Below, piece by piece: positions 19,318 through 28,508 of a stretch of DNA of 64,000 nucleotides. Positions within the stretch are counted from its first letter, which is position 1, and each line of letters opens with the position of its first letter. The position numbers and the translations under genes are program-made. Under the pieces are notes generated by a model. It saw only the letters and a program-made list of their open reading frames with translations. It was not told where the DNA came from and did not search any database. Origin of the DNA: a virus. The DNA lies in IMG/VR virus record IMGVR_UViG_3300027741_000020; one strand, written 5' to 3'.

Positions 19318-20362
19318 CAAAAAGTATTTAGATATACTAAAACAAATAGATGATGAACATAAGGAGTTTGGTGATTTACAAAGAAACACCAAAACATTGG
19401 TTATAGACGGTTTAAACACTTTTATTAGGTCTTGGTCAACAGCACCAAACCTTAATGATAATGGCGACCACATTGGAGGCATAGTCGGTACTTTAAAAAG
19501 TATCGGCTTCGCTATCCGAACACTCAACCCAACCAGAGTAGTTATCGTTTTTGATGGCAAAGGCGGCTCTAATTCCAGAAAGGAGATATTCGCAGGGTAC
19601 AAATCCGAAAGAGGTAAGAATAAGATTAAAATGAGGTTAAATCGTGCATACGAAGACCTTATGAATGCAGAAGAAGAAAGCGCATCAATGAAACGTCAAA
19701 TGCATGCACTTGGTGAATTACTATCATGTTTGCCCGTTAGTATAATGATTTACGATGGGATTGAGGCTGATGATGTTATGGCTTACATAGCAACAACGCT
19801 TCGTAAAGAAAATGAGAAAGTGATACTAATGAGCTCAGATAAGGACTTCCTACAATTAGTTAATAAAGATGTAAGTGTATATTCGCCTTCTAAAAAGAAA
19901 ATCTATAATATAGATGAAGTAGTAGAGGAATTTGGAATACACCCACATAACTTCATTAATTTTCGTATGGTAGATGGTGATAAATCTGATAATGTTGGCG
20001 GAGTGAATGGATTAGGGCTTAAAACAATTATCAAATCGTTTCCGATATTAACAGAATCAAAAGTACATACTACTGATACAATGGTAGAATATGTAAACTC
20101 ACTACCTAAAAAAACAAAAGCTCACGAATTATTCTTAAATAATTTGGAAATTTGCGAAAGAAATCGTAAATTGATGCAATTATCGGAGCCAGAGTTTAGT
20201 GGAAATCTTCGTATGAAAATTATGGATAGATACAATGAACCAACTGTAAAGTTTGATAAGCAATCATTCTTAAAGTTTGGTTTGAAAAACAAAGTTATAG
20301 ACGGATTTAAAGATATTAATGATTGGCTAAAAAGCACATTCTCACATCTTGTAAAATTTTAA
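19304..20362 (+). CDS. 5'-3' exonuclease / flap endonuclease (T4 RNase H-like)
   Basis: VIDGLN, FDGKGG, YKSER, EADDVM, SSDKDFLQL and GDKSDNV.GV.GLG.KT. Confidence 0.92.
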   Translation: MSQINKKYLDILKQIDDEHKEFGDLQRNTKTLVIDGLNTFIRSWSTAPNLNDNGDHIGGIVGTLKSIGFAIRTLNPTRVVIVFDGKGGSNSRKEIFAGYKSERGKNKIKMRLNRAYEDLMNAEEESASMKRQMHALGELLSCLPVSIMIYDGIEADDVMAYIATTLRKENEKVILMSSDKDFLQLVNKDVSVYSPSKKKIYNIDEVVEEFGIHPHNFINFRMVDGDKSDNVGGVNGLGLKTIIKSFPILTESKVHTTDTMVEYVNSLPKKTKAHELFLNNLEICERNRKLMQLSEPEFSGNLRMKIMDRYNEPTVKFDKQSFLKFGLKNKVIDGFKDINDWLKSTFSHLVKF

Positions 20363-20381
20363 AAACAAAAAACAATAATTT

Positions 20382-20687
20382 ATGGCAGACAAATTAGCAA
20401 AACCTATTGGAGATAGAGTTCTCCTTACGGAAATCGAAGTAACAGAAACAAAAACAGCAACCGGAATTATCATCCCAGATTCTGTAAGACAAGAGGATGT
20501 TAAAAGAGCAATTGTAGAAGCAATTGGCGATGGTATTTACACACAATCAGGAACACTTATTCCTATGAATGTAAAAGTTGGTGATGAAGTAATCTTACCA
20601 CCATATCATCAGGGACAAGAAATTAAAATCGCAGGTAAAAAATATACCTTATTAAGAGAATCCGAAATATTAATGATTATTTTTTAA
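20382..20687 (+). CDS. groES: GroES-like co-chaperonin
   Basis: KPIGDRVL, TATGIIIPD, AIGDG, VKVGDEV and LLRESEIL. Confidence 0.92.
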   Translation: MADKLAKPIGDRVLLTEIEVTETKTATGIIIPDSVRQEDVKRAIVEAIGDGIYTQSGTLIPMNVKVGDEVILPPYHQGQEIKIAGKKYTLLRESEILMIIF

Positions 20688-20707
20688 CTAAAACAAAACA
20701 TGGAATT

Positions 20708-20953
20708 ATGAAGTGTATTAAAGCAATTAGAGCAACAAAGCATTCAGCAGTAGGTGATATTAAACGAGTAACCGAAGTTGAAGCAGATGAGAAAGTAAGT
20801 ACGGGCTATTGGAAATTTATTCCTAAGATGGAATGGAAATCGGCGACACGTAACAAAATCGTAAAAGTAGAAGTAGTTACGGAAACGCAACCAGAAAATG
20901 TAGAAGGTAAGACTAAATTTAAGAAAGGAAATAAAAACAAAAGGAGTAATTAA
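20708..20953 (+). CDS. Hypothetical basic protein
   Basis: 81 aa ORF in the operon; function not recognised. Confidence 0.55.
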   Translation: MKCIKAIRATKHSAVGDIKRVTEVEADEKVSTGYWKFIPKMEWKSATRNKIVKVEVVTETQPENVEGKTKFKKGNKNKRSN

Positions 20954-22311
20954 TGGAAGCAGTAGATACACTAGTCAAATATGGCCAATCGTATCAATCT
21001 AAAGTAGTAGCTTCCTTAATATCAGATGTAAAGTTTCTTGAACAAGTTTACGAAATCACCAAACCTGCATTTTTTGAATCCGAAGCAAACCGATGGATTA
21101 TAGATATGGTGCTACAATACTTTTCGGAGTATCGTACAATACCAACGATGGAGGTTTTTAAAATCAAAACTGGCGAAATAGAGGATAAAGTCCTAAAGCA
21201 AACGGTTGTAGAACAATTAAAAAATGTTTATCAGCAAATTGGCTCAGAGGAATTACCATATGTTAGAAAAGAGTTTTTAACATTCGCTAAAAATCAAAAA
21301 GTAAAAGAAGCATTATTTCAATCCGTAGACCTCCTAAAAGCAGGTAATTATGATAAGATTATAGATACAATGATGGCAGCATCAAAGGTAGGAGTAGAAT
21401 CCGATTTAGGTTTGGATTATATTCAAAACTTTGAATCTATAATGGATAATGTAAAACGTGACTCCTGTCCGACTGGGTGGGATGTTATTGATGAATTAAT
21501 GGATGGTGGACTCGGACCCGGTGAGTTGGGAGTTGTAATGGCGCCCTCCGGCATTGGTAAGAGTTGGTTTCTCTCAAAGATTGCATGTGCGGCTTTGCAG
21601 AAAGGAATGGACGTACTACATTATACTTTGGAATTATCCGAAAGTTATGTAGGACAAAGATATACAACAATCCTCACAGGCATTCAGACATCGGAGCATT
21701 TACAAAGAAAGGACGAGATTATTCGTAGGATTAAAGCAATGCCAGGTAGAGTTCGTATCAAATATTATCCACCACAATTCGCATCAGCCAAAACAATAGC
21801 AGCTCATATTGAGAAGATAAGAGCAACCGGATTCAAACCCGCTCTAATAATCATTGACTACGCTGACCTTCTCAAATCTGGCAATAGAGGTGGTGATGGG
21901 TTATACGCTGAATTGGGTGGAATATACGAAGAATTACGTGGGTTAAGTGGTGAAGCAGGAATACCTGTTTGGACAGCAACTCAAACGAATAGAGCAGCAA
22001 TTGACCACGAGGTTATTCAGGCGGATTCAGTTGGTGACTCGTATAAGAAAGTTCAAACCGCTGATTTCATAATGAGTGTTAGTAGAAAAACAAAAGATAA
22101 GTTATCAAAGACCGGTCGTATTCATATTGTAAAGAATAGGTTTGGACCAGATGGACTAACCTTTCCAGCAAAGATTGATACCTATCACGGTATTATGGAT
22201 GTATTCGCAGAAAACTCCGCTGATGGTCAAATGGCAACAAAAGAGAGTAAGAATGGTGAGGGATTGGAAAAAAAGTTACTACATAAAAAGTATGTAGAAA
22301 ATATGGGTTAA
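20953..22311 (+). CDS. dnaB: Replicative helicase (DnaB / T4 gp41-like)
   Basis: Walker A APSGIGKS, YTLELSE, IIIDYADLL, WTATQTNR and KNRFGPDG. Confidence 0.93.
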   Translation: MEAVDTLVKYGQSYQSKVVASLISDVKFLEQVYEITKPAFFESEANRWIIDMVLQYFSEYRTIPTMEVFKIKTGEIEDKVLKQTVVEQLKNVYQQIGSEELPYVRKEFLTFAKNQKVKEALFQSVDLLKAGNYDKIIDTMMAASKVGVESDLGLDYIQNFESIMDNVKRDSCPTGWDVIDELMDGGLGPGELGVVMAPSGIGKSWFLSKIACAALQKGMDVLHYTLELSESYVGQRYTTILTGIQTSEHLQRKDEIIRRIKAMPGRVRIKYYPPQFASAKTIAAHIEKIRATGFKPALIIIDYADLLKSGNRGGDGLYAELGGIYEELRGLSGEAGIPVWTATQTNRAAIDHEVIQADSVGDSYKKVQTADFIMSVSRKTKDKLSKTGRIHIVKNRFGPDGLTFPAKIDTYHGIMDVFAENSADGQMATKESKNGEGLEKKLLHKKYVENMG

Positions 22312-22356
22312 TAAGTATTAGATTTTAAAAAAAATAATTACTAAAAAACCACATTT

Positions 22357-22429
22357 TTTTCAAAGAAAACCAGAGTGTTTAGTTAAATAGTTAATATTTA
22401 TCTTTACATTTTCTGGTTTTCCTGAAAAA
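22357..22429. repeat. Imperfect inverted repeat upstream of nrdJ
   Basis: GAAAACCAGA (22365-22374) and TCTGGTTTTC (22412-22421) are a perfect 10 bp pair, extendable with TTTTCA/TGAAAA. The spacer contains ATATTTAT at 22394-22401. Confidence 0.8.
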
Positions 22430-22466
22430 TATTATACACACTTAAAATAAAAAAATTACAAACAAA

Positions 22467-24323
22467 ATGGACATTTCACAAAAAATTTTATCAGAAATTA
22501 CAGTCTATATGAAGTATGCAAAGTATAGACCTGAATTACAAAGACGTGAGACTTGGTATGAGTTGGTTACGCGTAATATGGAAATGCATATAAAAAAATA
22601 CCCAAAATTAGAGCAAGAGATTAGAGAGAATTACAAATTTGTATATGATAAAAAAGTATTACCATCGATGCGTTCAATGCAGTTCGCAGGTAAACCAATT
22701 GAAATCAGTCCTAATCGTATCTACAATTGTGCATTTGCACCGATTGATGATTGGAGAGTATTCGCAGAAATTATGTTTCTACTTTTAGGTGGAACGGGGG
22801 TTGGATATTCGGTACAAAAACACCACGTAGAACAATTGCCAGAAATCAGAAAGCCAAACGCAGATAAGACTAGACGTTTCCTTATTGGAGATAGTATTGA
22901 AGGTTGGGCAGATGCTATATCGGTATTAGTTAAAGCATACTTCTATGGTGGAAGTAAGCCGGTATTTGATTTCAGAGATATTAGACCAAAAGGAGCAAGG
23001 CTTGTAACATCAGGCGGTAAAGCACCAGGACCACAACCACTTAAAGAATGCTTAATCAAATTAGAAGGTATTTTAGAAAGTAAAAATGATGGTGATAAGT
23101 TAAGACCTATTGAAGTACATGATATGGTTTGCCACATTGCCGATGCGGTATTAGCAGGCGGTATTCGTAGAGCAGCACTTATTTCTCTATTCAGCGCATC
23201 TGATGATGAAATGATTAGTTGTAAGAGTGGTGCATGGTGGGAAACGAACCCACAAAGAGGTCGGGCTAATAACTCCGTTTCTCTAATGAGACACAAAATG
23301 ACAAAGGAATACTTTATGGATTTGTGGAAGCGGATTGAAGCAAGTGGAGCAGGTGAACCTGGCATCTATCTTTCAAACGATAAAGATTGGGGAACTAATC
23401 CATGTTGTGAGATTGCATTAAGACCTTTCCAATTCTGCAATCTATGCGAAGTGAATGTATCCGATGTTGTAGACCAAACCGATCTTAATGAGAGAGTTAA
23501 AGCAGCATCATTCATTGGTACATTGCAAGCCGGCTATACCGACTTCCACTATCTTCGTCCAATATGGCAGAGAACAACTGAAAAGGATGCACTTATTGGA
23601 GTATCAATGACTGGTATTGGAAGTGGTGCAGTTCTTAAATTGAATATGAAAGAGGCTGCAAGGGTAGTTAAAGAAGAAAACGCAAGAGTTGCAATAGAGT
23701 TGGACATCAATGTTTCAGCAAGAACAACAACTGTAAAGCCAGCAGGAACTACATCATTAACATTAGGTACATCATCAGGCATTCACGCTTGGCACAACGA
23801 TTACTACATTCGTAGAGTAAGAGTAGGTAAGAATGAATCAATTTATACACATTTAGCAATTCATCATCCAGAATTAATTGAAGATGAATATTTCCGACCA
23901 CATGATACGGCAGTAATTGGTATTCCACAAATGGCACCTGAAAATGCTATCCTTCGTAGTGAATCGCCAATTCAATTATTGGAAAGGGTTAAAAGAGTAC
24001 ATCACGAATGGATAAAACCTGGGCATAGAGGTGGAAGTAATACCCATAACGTATCAGCAACGGTTTCAATCCGTGAGCATGAGTGGAAAGCAGTTGGTGA
24101 ATGGATGTGGGAAAATAAAGAATTTTACAACGGTTTATCGGTATTGCCATATGACGGTGGTTCTTATATACAAGCTCCTTTTACTGACTGTACAGAGGAA
24201 GAATATGAAAAACTCATGTCAACTCTTACGGATATTGATTTATCAAAAGTAGTGGAACTGGATGATGAGACAGACTTATCCGGAGAACTTGCGTGTTCTG
24301 GCGGGGCATGCGAAATAAAATAA
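22467..24323 (+). CDS. nrdJ: Class II (B12-dependent, monomeric RTPR-type) ribonucleotide reductase
   Basis: PSMRSMQFAG, YNCAF, GTGVGYSV, GGIRRAALI, GTNPCCEI, FCNL, TTVKPAGT and C-terminal ACSGGACEIK. Confidence 0.92.
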   Translation: MDISQKILSEITVYMKYAKYRPELQRRETWYELVTRNMEMHIKKYPKLEQEIRENYKFVYDKKVLPSMRSMQFAGKPIEISPNRIYNCAFAPIDDWRVFAEIMFLLLGGTGVGYSVQKHHVEQLPEIRKPNADKTRRFLIGDSIEGWADAISVLVKAYFYGGSKPVFDFRDIRPKGARLVTSGGKAPGPQPLKECLIKLEGILESKNDGDKLRPIEVHDMVCHIADAVLAGGIRRAALISLFSASDDEMISCKSGAWWETNPQRGRANNSVSLMRHKMTKEYFMDLWKRIEASGAGEPGIYLSNDKDWGTNPCCEIALRPFQFCNLCEVNVSDVVDQTDLNERVKAASFIGTLQAGYTDFHYLRPIWQRTTEKDALIGVSMTGIGSGAVLKLNMKEAARVVKEENARVAIELDINVSARTTTVKPAGTTSLTLGTSSGIHAWHNDYYIRRVRVGKNESIYTHLAIHHPELIEDEYFRPHDTAVIGIPQMAPENAILRSESPIQLLERVKRVHHEWIKPGHRGGSNTHNVSATVSIREHEWKAVGEWMWENKEFYNGLSVLPYDGGSYIQAPFTDCTEEEYEKLMSTLTDIDLSKVVELDDETDLSGELACSGGACEIK

Positions 24324-24324
24324 T

Positions 24325-24516
24325 TTGAAAAAAGAATATATAGAGATGGTACACTACTATTTAGAAAATGGTAAGATTGTATTCACCGAACAATATCATA
24401 AGGAGCGTGGGTGGTGCTGTGGAAATAAATGCAGACACTGCCCATATCATCCTATTCATCAAAAAGGAAATCAAATTTTATGGCAAGCAACGAATCAACA
24501 AAACACAAAGAGTTGA
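24325..24516 (+). CDS. Small Cys-rich protein (DUF5522-like)
   Basis: FTEQYHKERGWCCGNKCRHCPY; TTG start. Confidence 0.75.
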   Translation: MKKEYIEMVHYYLENGKIVFTEQYHKERGWCCGNKCRHCPYHPIHQKGNQILWQATNQQNTKS

Positions 24517-25208
24517 CGGAAAAAATTAGAGAACAAAAGCAAGGTCCTAAAGGTCCAATTAAGTTTCAACTACAATTAAACGATGAGCAAAAAATTGCAA
24601 AAGATAAAATACTAAGTAATGCTATTACGGTATTGAGTGGTAAAGCCGGTAGTGGTAAAACGTTATTAGCATGCCAGGTTGCATTGGATTTATTATTTAA
24701 GAAATCAATTCAAAAAATCGTTATCACAAGACCAACCGTAAGTAAAGAAGAAATCGGTTTTTTACCTGGTGACCTTCGTGAGAAAATGGAACCCTGGATG
24801 CAACCAATCTATTCAAACTTTTACCAACTCTACAATAGAGAAAAAATTGATGAAATTATTGAAAATGGTACGGTTGAAATTGTACCTGTAGCATTTATGA
24901 GAGGACGTACATTTTTGGATAGTTTTATTATTGTAGATGAGGCCCAAAACTGCACACACGACCAAATGGAAATGATTACTTCTCGTTTGGGGGTTCGTAG
25001 TAAAATGGTTATATGTGGTGATACACAACAAGTGGATTTAAAATCGCGTGGTGAAAGTGGATTTAAGTTTTTACTATCGGCGGCTAGACGTGTTAAAGAT
25101 ATGGAATCAATGACATTGCTTACAAATCATAGACACTCAATAGTAGATGCTCTATTGGAAGAATATGATAAATTTAAACAAGAACAAGAGCAATTTAAAA
25201 AGAAATAA
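24480..25208 (+). CDS. phoH: PhoH-like ATPase
   Basis: GKAGSGKT, ITRP, IGFLPGDL.EK, FMRGRTF, DEAQN, GDTQQVDL and RH. ATG 24480 preferred. Confidence 0.93.
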   Translation: MASNESTKHKELTEKIREQKQGPKGPIKFQLQLNDEQKIAKDKILSNAITVLSGKAGSGKTLLACQVALDLLFKKSIQKIVITRPTVSKEEIGFLPGDLREKMEPWMQPIYSNFYQLYNREKIDEIIENGTVEIVPVAFMRGRTFLDSFIIVDEAQNCTHDQMEMITSRLGVRSKMVICGDTQQVDLKSRGESGFKFLLSAARRVKDMESMTLLTNHRHSIVDALLEEYDKFKQEQEQFKKK

Positions 25209-25311
25209 TAGATATGAGTATGATAAAACTAAGAATAGCTATAAAGAAGCTGTACATGCCTTAGATAATATAATACAAGAAAATAAATTATAATAAATAA
25301 ATAAATAAATT

Positions 25312-25575
25312 ATGTTAGTAGTTAAAAAGTTTTCCGCAACATATTGTGGACCGTGTAGAGCATTGGCACCAGTAATGAACGAAATAAAAAGCCAATTTAG
25401 TGGTGTGAAATTTGAGGAATACGATGTTGATAATTTTCCTCATGTAGCAGAAAAATGCCGAGTAAGTTCAGTTCCTACCGTAATCATTGAGAAAGACGGT
25501 TTAGAATTAGAAAGATTTACCGGATTATCTTCAAAGATGGCATACATCAATGCAATTAACGAAAGATTAAAATAA
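25312..25575 (+). CDS. trxA: Thioredoxin
   Basis: FSATYCGPC active site and SVPT cis-Pro motif; near nrdJ. Confidence 0.9.
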   Translation: MLVVKKFSATYCGPCRALAPVMNEIKSQFSGVKFEEYDVDNFPHVAEKCRVSSVPTVIIEKDGLELERFTGLSSKMAYINAINERLK

Positions 25576-25589
25576 TAATATATATTGTT

Positions 25590-26699
25590 ATGATAAAACT
25601 CACCGACTTACTAGAAAATATTATCAAAGAAGATGGCTCTGATAAACAATTCAAATTAAATGCCTCACAATATAAAGCATTTGGACAAATATTATCAAAT
25701 TTTGATGCCGATATTGATAGTATTACATTAAATATGGATGAGGCTCCAAAGCCTAACTATACAAAAATGACGCCTGATGAATTAGAAGCTAGTGGTGCCG
25801 TTGTTGCAATAGATAAATCCGTAATTAGTAATCTTAATAACTTTTTAGAAGAAGGAATGATTGCAAAGAACTGGTATGAGGATATGAATAAAAAAATGTT
25901 AGATGCACTTGGTGAATCCGATGGTTGCTTATTTTTAATATTAATGGCCATATTTTCACCTCAAAATAAATTATCTCAAAACTTTCTACTTGCAGCTAAA
26001 TGTTTTGAAGGTATAAAATCGGATATTAATGATTCAAACAAACGAGAAACATTTATAACAATGATTTCATTAGATGCAAATACGTTATATAATAAATTAA
26101 AGGCTGGCGAATATAAAGATATGGCATCTGTACAAAAAATAATACCACATTCATTGAGTGTAAGATCGTATCTTTCTAATCTAACTAGAGTATTGAGATT
26201 ATACGCAGCTAAAGGTTTTAAATTTAATAAGGCTGATGTTGTTGCCGAAATCGCTAAAGCATTTACACCAACGGGAGCACTTACAAAACAAACGGTAATA
26301 TCAGCTGAGAAAGTTTTTTCTTTTACTCTAAATCTTTTAGACCCTTCATATGAATTAGAAGGCGGTTGGCTGCCAGTTACAATGGATACCTGGATGGCAT
26401 CGTTTTTCTATCCACAAATGTCAAAAAAAGATAAAACAAAATTGTTAGGAAAAACTGCCAATTATGTATATATGGCAAAACTTACACAACAATTAGCAAG
26501 CAAATTTGGAATGAAACCAATAGAAATGCAAGCTATAATATGGGTAGCTAAAATTAAAGAAAAGCAAGGGGCAAATTACGATGTTACATTTGATAATGCG
26601 ATTAAAAAAAACCTTGATAAATTAAAAGTAAAAGTTGATGAAATGGGTGATATTAAAACATTTTATCAAAAAGTCATTAGCGTAGTTGGTAAATCATAA
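25590..26699 (+). CDS. Putative helical DNA-processing (glycosylase-like) protein with an MIKL leader
   Basis: WYE...LMAIFSPQ..., PVTMDTWM and MQAIIWV recall a phage family with HhH-glycosylase-like features; recalled, not searched. Confidence 0.45.
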   Translation: MIKLTDLLENIIKEDGSDKQFKLNASQYKAFGQILSNFDADIDSITLNMDEAPKPNYTKMTPDELEASGAVVAIDKSVISNLNNFLEEGMIAKNWYEDMNKKMLDALGESDGCLFLILMAIFSPQNKLSQNFLLAAKCFEGIKSDINDSNKRETFITMISLDANTLYNKLKAGEYKDMASVQKIIPHSLSVRSYLSNLTRVLRLYAAKGFKFNKADVVAEIAKAFTPTGALTKQTVISAEKVFSFTLNLLDPSYELEGGWLPVTMDTWMASFFYPQMSKKDKTKLLGKTANYVYMAKLTQQLASKFGMKPIEMQAIIWVAKIKEKQGANYDVTFDNAIKKNLDKLKVKVDEMGDIKTFYQKVISVVGKS

Positions 26700-26706
26700 T
26701 ATTTAA

Positions 26707-26738
26707 TTTGGTAAATCCAAAAAAAAGTCGTATATTTA
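26707..26738 (+). promoter_or_regulatory. Bacteroidota-type sigma promoter (TTTG ... TATATTTA)
   Basis: Elements start at 26707 and 26731; ATG follows 4 nt later. Confidence 0.65.
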
Positions 26739-26742
26739 CCAT

Positions 26743-26943
26743 ATGAAATTAGTAGGAGAATCGCATCCAATGCATAAACTGACTGAAGTACAGGTTACGC
26801 AAATAAGGGATTTATGGAAAATTGGACATAGAAACATAAAAGTTCTTGCCAGAAATAATGGCGTATCTCAAACTAATATAAAAAAAATAGTTACAAACAA
26901 AACCTGGACGCACATGTTAAAGTGGCCGTATGAAAGAGTTTAA
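26743..26943 (+). CDS. Small helix-turn-helix protein
   Basis: KLTEVQVTQIR..LARNNGVSQTNIKKIV..KTW resembles the DNA-binding tail of HNH endonucleases. Confidence 0.7.
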   Translation: MKLVGESHPMHKLTEVQVTQIRDLWKIGHRNIKVLARNNGVSQTNIKKIVTNKTWTHMLKWPYERV

Positions 26944-27694
26944 TAAGTTATATTGTGATATTTCAAAGTTATCTATAAGACCTGTAAATAAATCCATAGC
27001 AAAAGACATAATAGTTAATAATCACTACAGTGGTATTTGGACTAAAGTATCTTATGCGTTGGGTTTGTTCTACACATCAGATGACTCACACCAATTCTTT
27101 AGCGGTGTTAATGAAAAGCTAATAGGGGTTGCCTGTTATGGTGACCCAGTCGGCAGACACTCCGGCGCATCAATTTCCGAAGTATTAGATAGGACAGAAG
27201 TATTAGAATTAACTCGTCTATTCGTATTTGACGGGTATGGTTCTAATATTGAAAGTTGGTTTGTAGGACAAACTTTCGATTGGTTACGTCAAAACGCATC
27301 CAATATCAAAGCACTTGTTTCATATTCCGACCCGAAAGCAGGTCACGTTGGAACTATTTACCAAGCAACAAATTGGATATATCAGGGTAATCGTATTAGG
27401 CCAAATGATAGTTGGAGCTTCAAATGGACTGAAGATGATGAATGGCATCATAGCCGGACATCATATGTTAAGTTCGGAACGAATGACCCGAAGATTATAC
27501 AAACAATGACATCGACTCCCTTTTGGATTAAAAAAGAACCACGTAAGCATAGGTATGTTTACATTCTTGCAGATAAGCGTGATAAGAAAAGAATATTGAA
27601 AGAATTAAAATATCCCTCGTTACCTTATCCAAAAACAAATGTGGAGTTTATTGAAGAAATACATAAATTAGAACCAATTGAAAGAGTTAAATAA
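26930..27694 (+). CDS. mom: Mom-family (GNAT-fold) DNA modification enzyme, paralog 1
   Basis: IIVNNHYS, LIGVACYG, LELTRL, LVSYSD..GHVGTIYQATNWIYQG, WHHSR, KHRY and PYPK parallel phage Mu Mom. Confidence 0.85.
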   Translation: MKEFNKLYCDISKLSIRPVNKSIAKDIIVNNHYSGIWTKVSYALGLFYTSDDSHQFFSGVNEKLIGVACYGDPVGRHSGASISEVLDRTEVLELTRLFVFDGYGSNIESWFVGQTFDWLRQNASNIKALVSYSDPKAGHVGTIYQATNWIYQGNRIRPNDSWSFKWTEDDEWHHSRTSYVKFGTNDPKIIQTMTSTPFWIKKEPRKHRYVYILADKRDKKRILKELKYPSLPYPKTNVEFIEEIHKLEPIERVK

Positions 27695-28481
27695 AATATA
27701 TTGCGATACATCAAGAGTATCAGTTAGAGAAATTGGCAAATCAGCTGCAAAAGAAATAATTGTAAAGAAACACTATACGCATGCGTGGACTGCGTGTAGA
27801 TACGCATTGGGCATATTCTATAAGACTGATGAAGTAACCGTATTAGGCGATAGTGATAAACTCATAGGAGTATTAGTATATGGATTTCCGGTTGGAGCTA
27901 GAGCAGCACTTTCAATATCGGAAACTCTTACAAAAGATAATGTATTGGAATTGACAAGACTTTATTGCGATGATGGATATGGCTCTAACATTGAAAGTTA
28001 TGCTATCGGACAATCGTTCAAATGGTTTAGAGAAAACGATAAAGCAATTAAGGTACTAATATCATATGCGGATAATGGGCAAGACCATTTAGGAGGAATA
28101 TACCAGGCAACAAATTGGATTTATCAGGGACCATCCACATCAATAGCACTGATGCCAAATTACGGAATATCACTTACGGAAAATCCATATAACTGGATTC
28201 ATAGTAGAACTGTTTATAGTATGTGGGGCTCTTCAAATTTAGAACATCTAAAAAGAGAAATTGGAAAAAATGGTTATCCAAAATTTTGGAGAAGAATGGA
28301 ATCCGGAAAACACAGATATATACAAGTCGTAGTAGCAGATAAAAAAGAAAAAAAAGCACTAATTAAAAGTTTAAAGCATAAAACTATACCATACCCAAAA
28401 TCCGCTGAATTGTATAATAAAGAAATAGAATGCCATATCACTATACCTCCTGAAAATAATATACAAAAATCTTTTTGGTAA
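27678..28481 (+). CDS. mom: Mom-family (GNAT-fold) DNA modification enzyme, paralog 2
   Basis: IIVKKHYT, LIGVLVYG, LELTRL, LISYAD..HLGGIYQATNWIYQG, WIHSR, KHRY and PYPK; TTG start overlapping paralog 1. Confidence 0.85.
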   Translation: MKELNKIYCDTSRVSVREIGKSAAKEIIVKKHYTHAWTACRYALGIFYKTDEVTVLGDSDKLIGVLVYGFPVGARAALSISETLTKDNVLELTRLYCDDGYGSNIESYAIGQSFKWFRENDKAIKVLISYADNGQDHLGGIYQATNWIYQGPSTSIALMPNYGISLTENPYNWIHSRTVYSMWGSSNLEHLKREIGKNGYPKFWRRMESGKHRYIQVVVADKKEKKALIKSLKHKTIPYPKSAELYNKEIECHITIPPENNIQKSFW

Positions 28482-28505
28482 TCTCAGGTATTTTTCGTAT
28501 ATTAC
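28474..28505 (+). promoter_or_regulatory. Bacteroidota-type sigma promoter (TTTG ... TATATTAC)
   Basis: Elements start at 28474 and 28498; ATG at 28509. Confidence 0.55.
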
Positions 28506-28508
28506 ATT

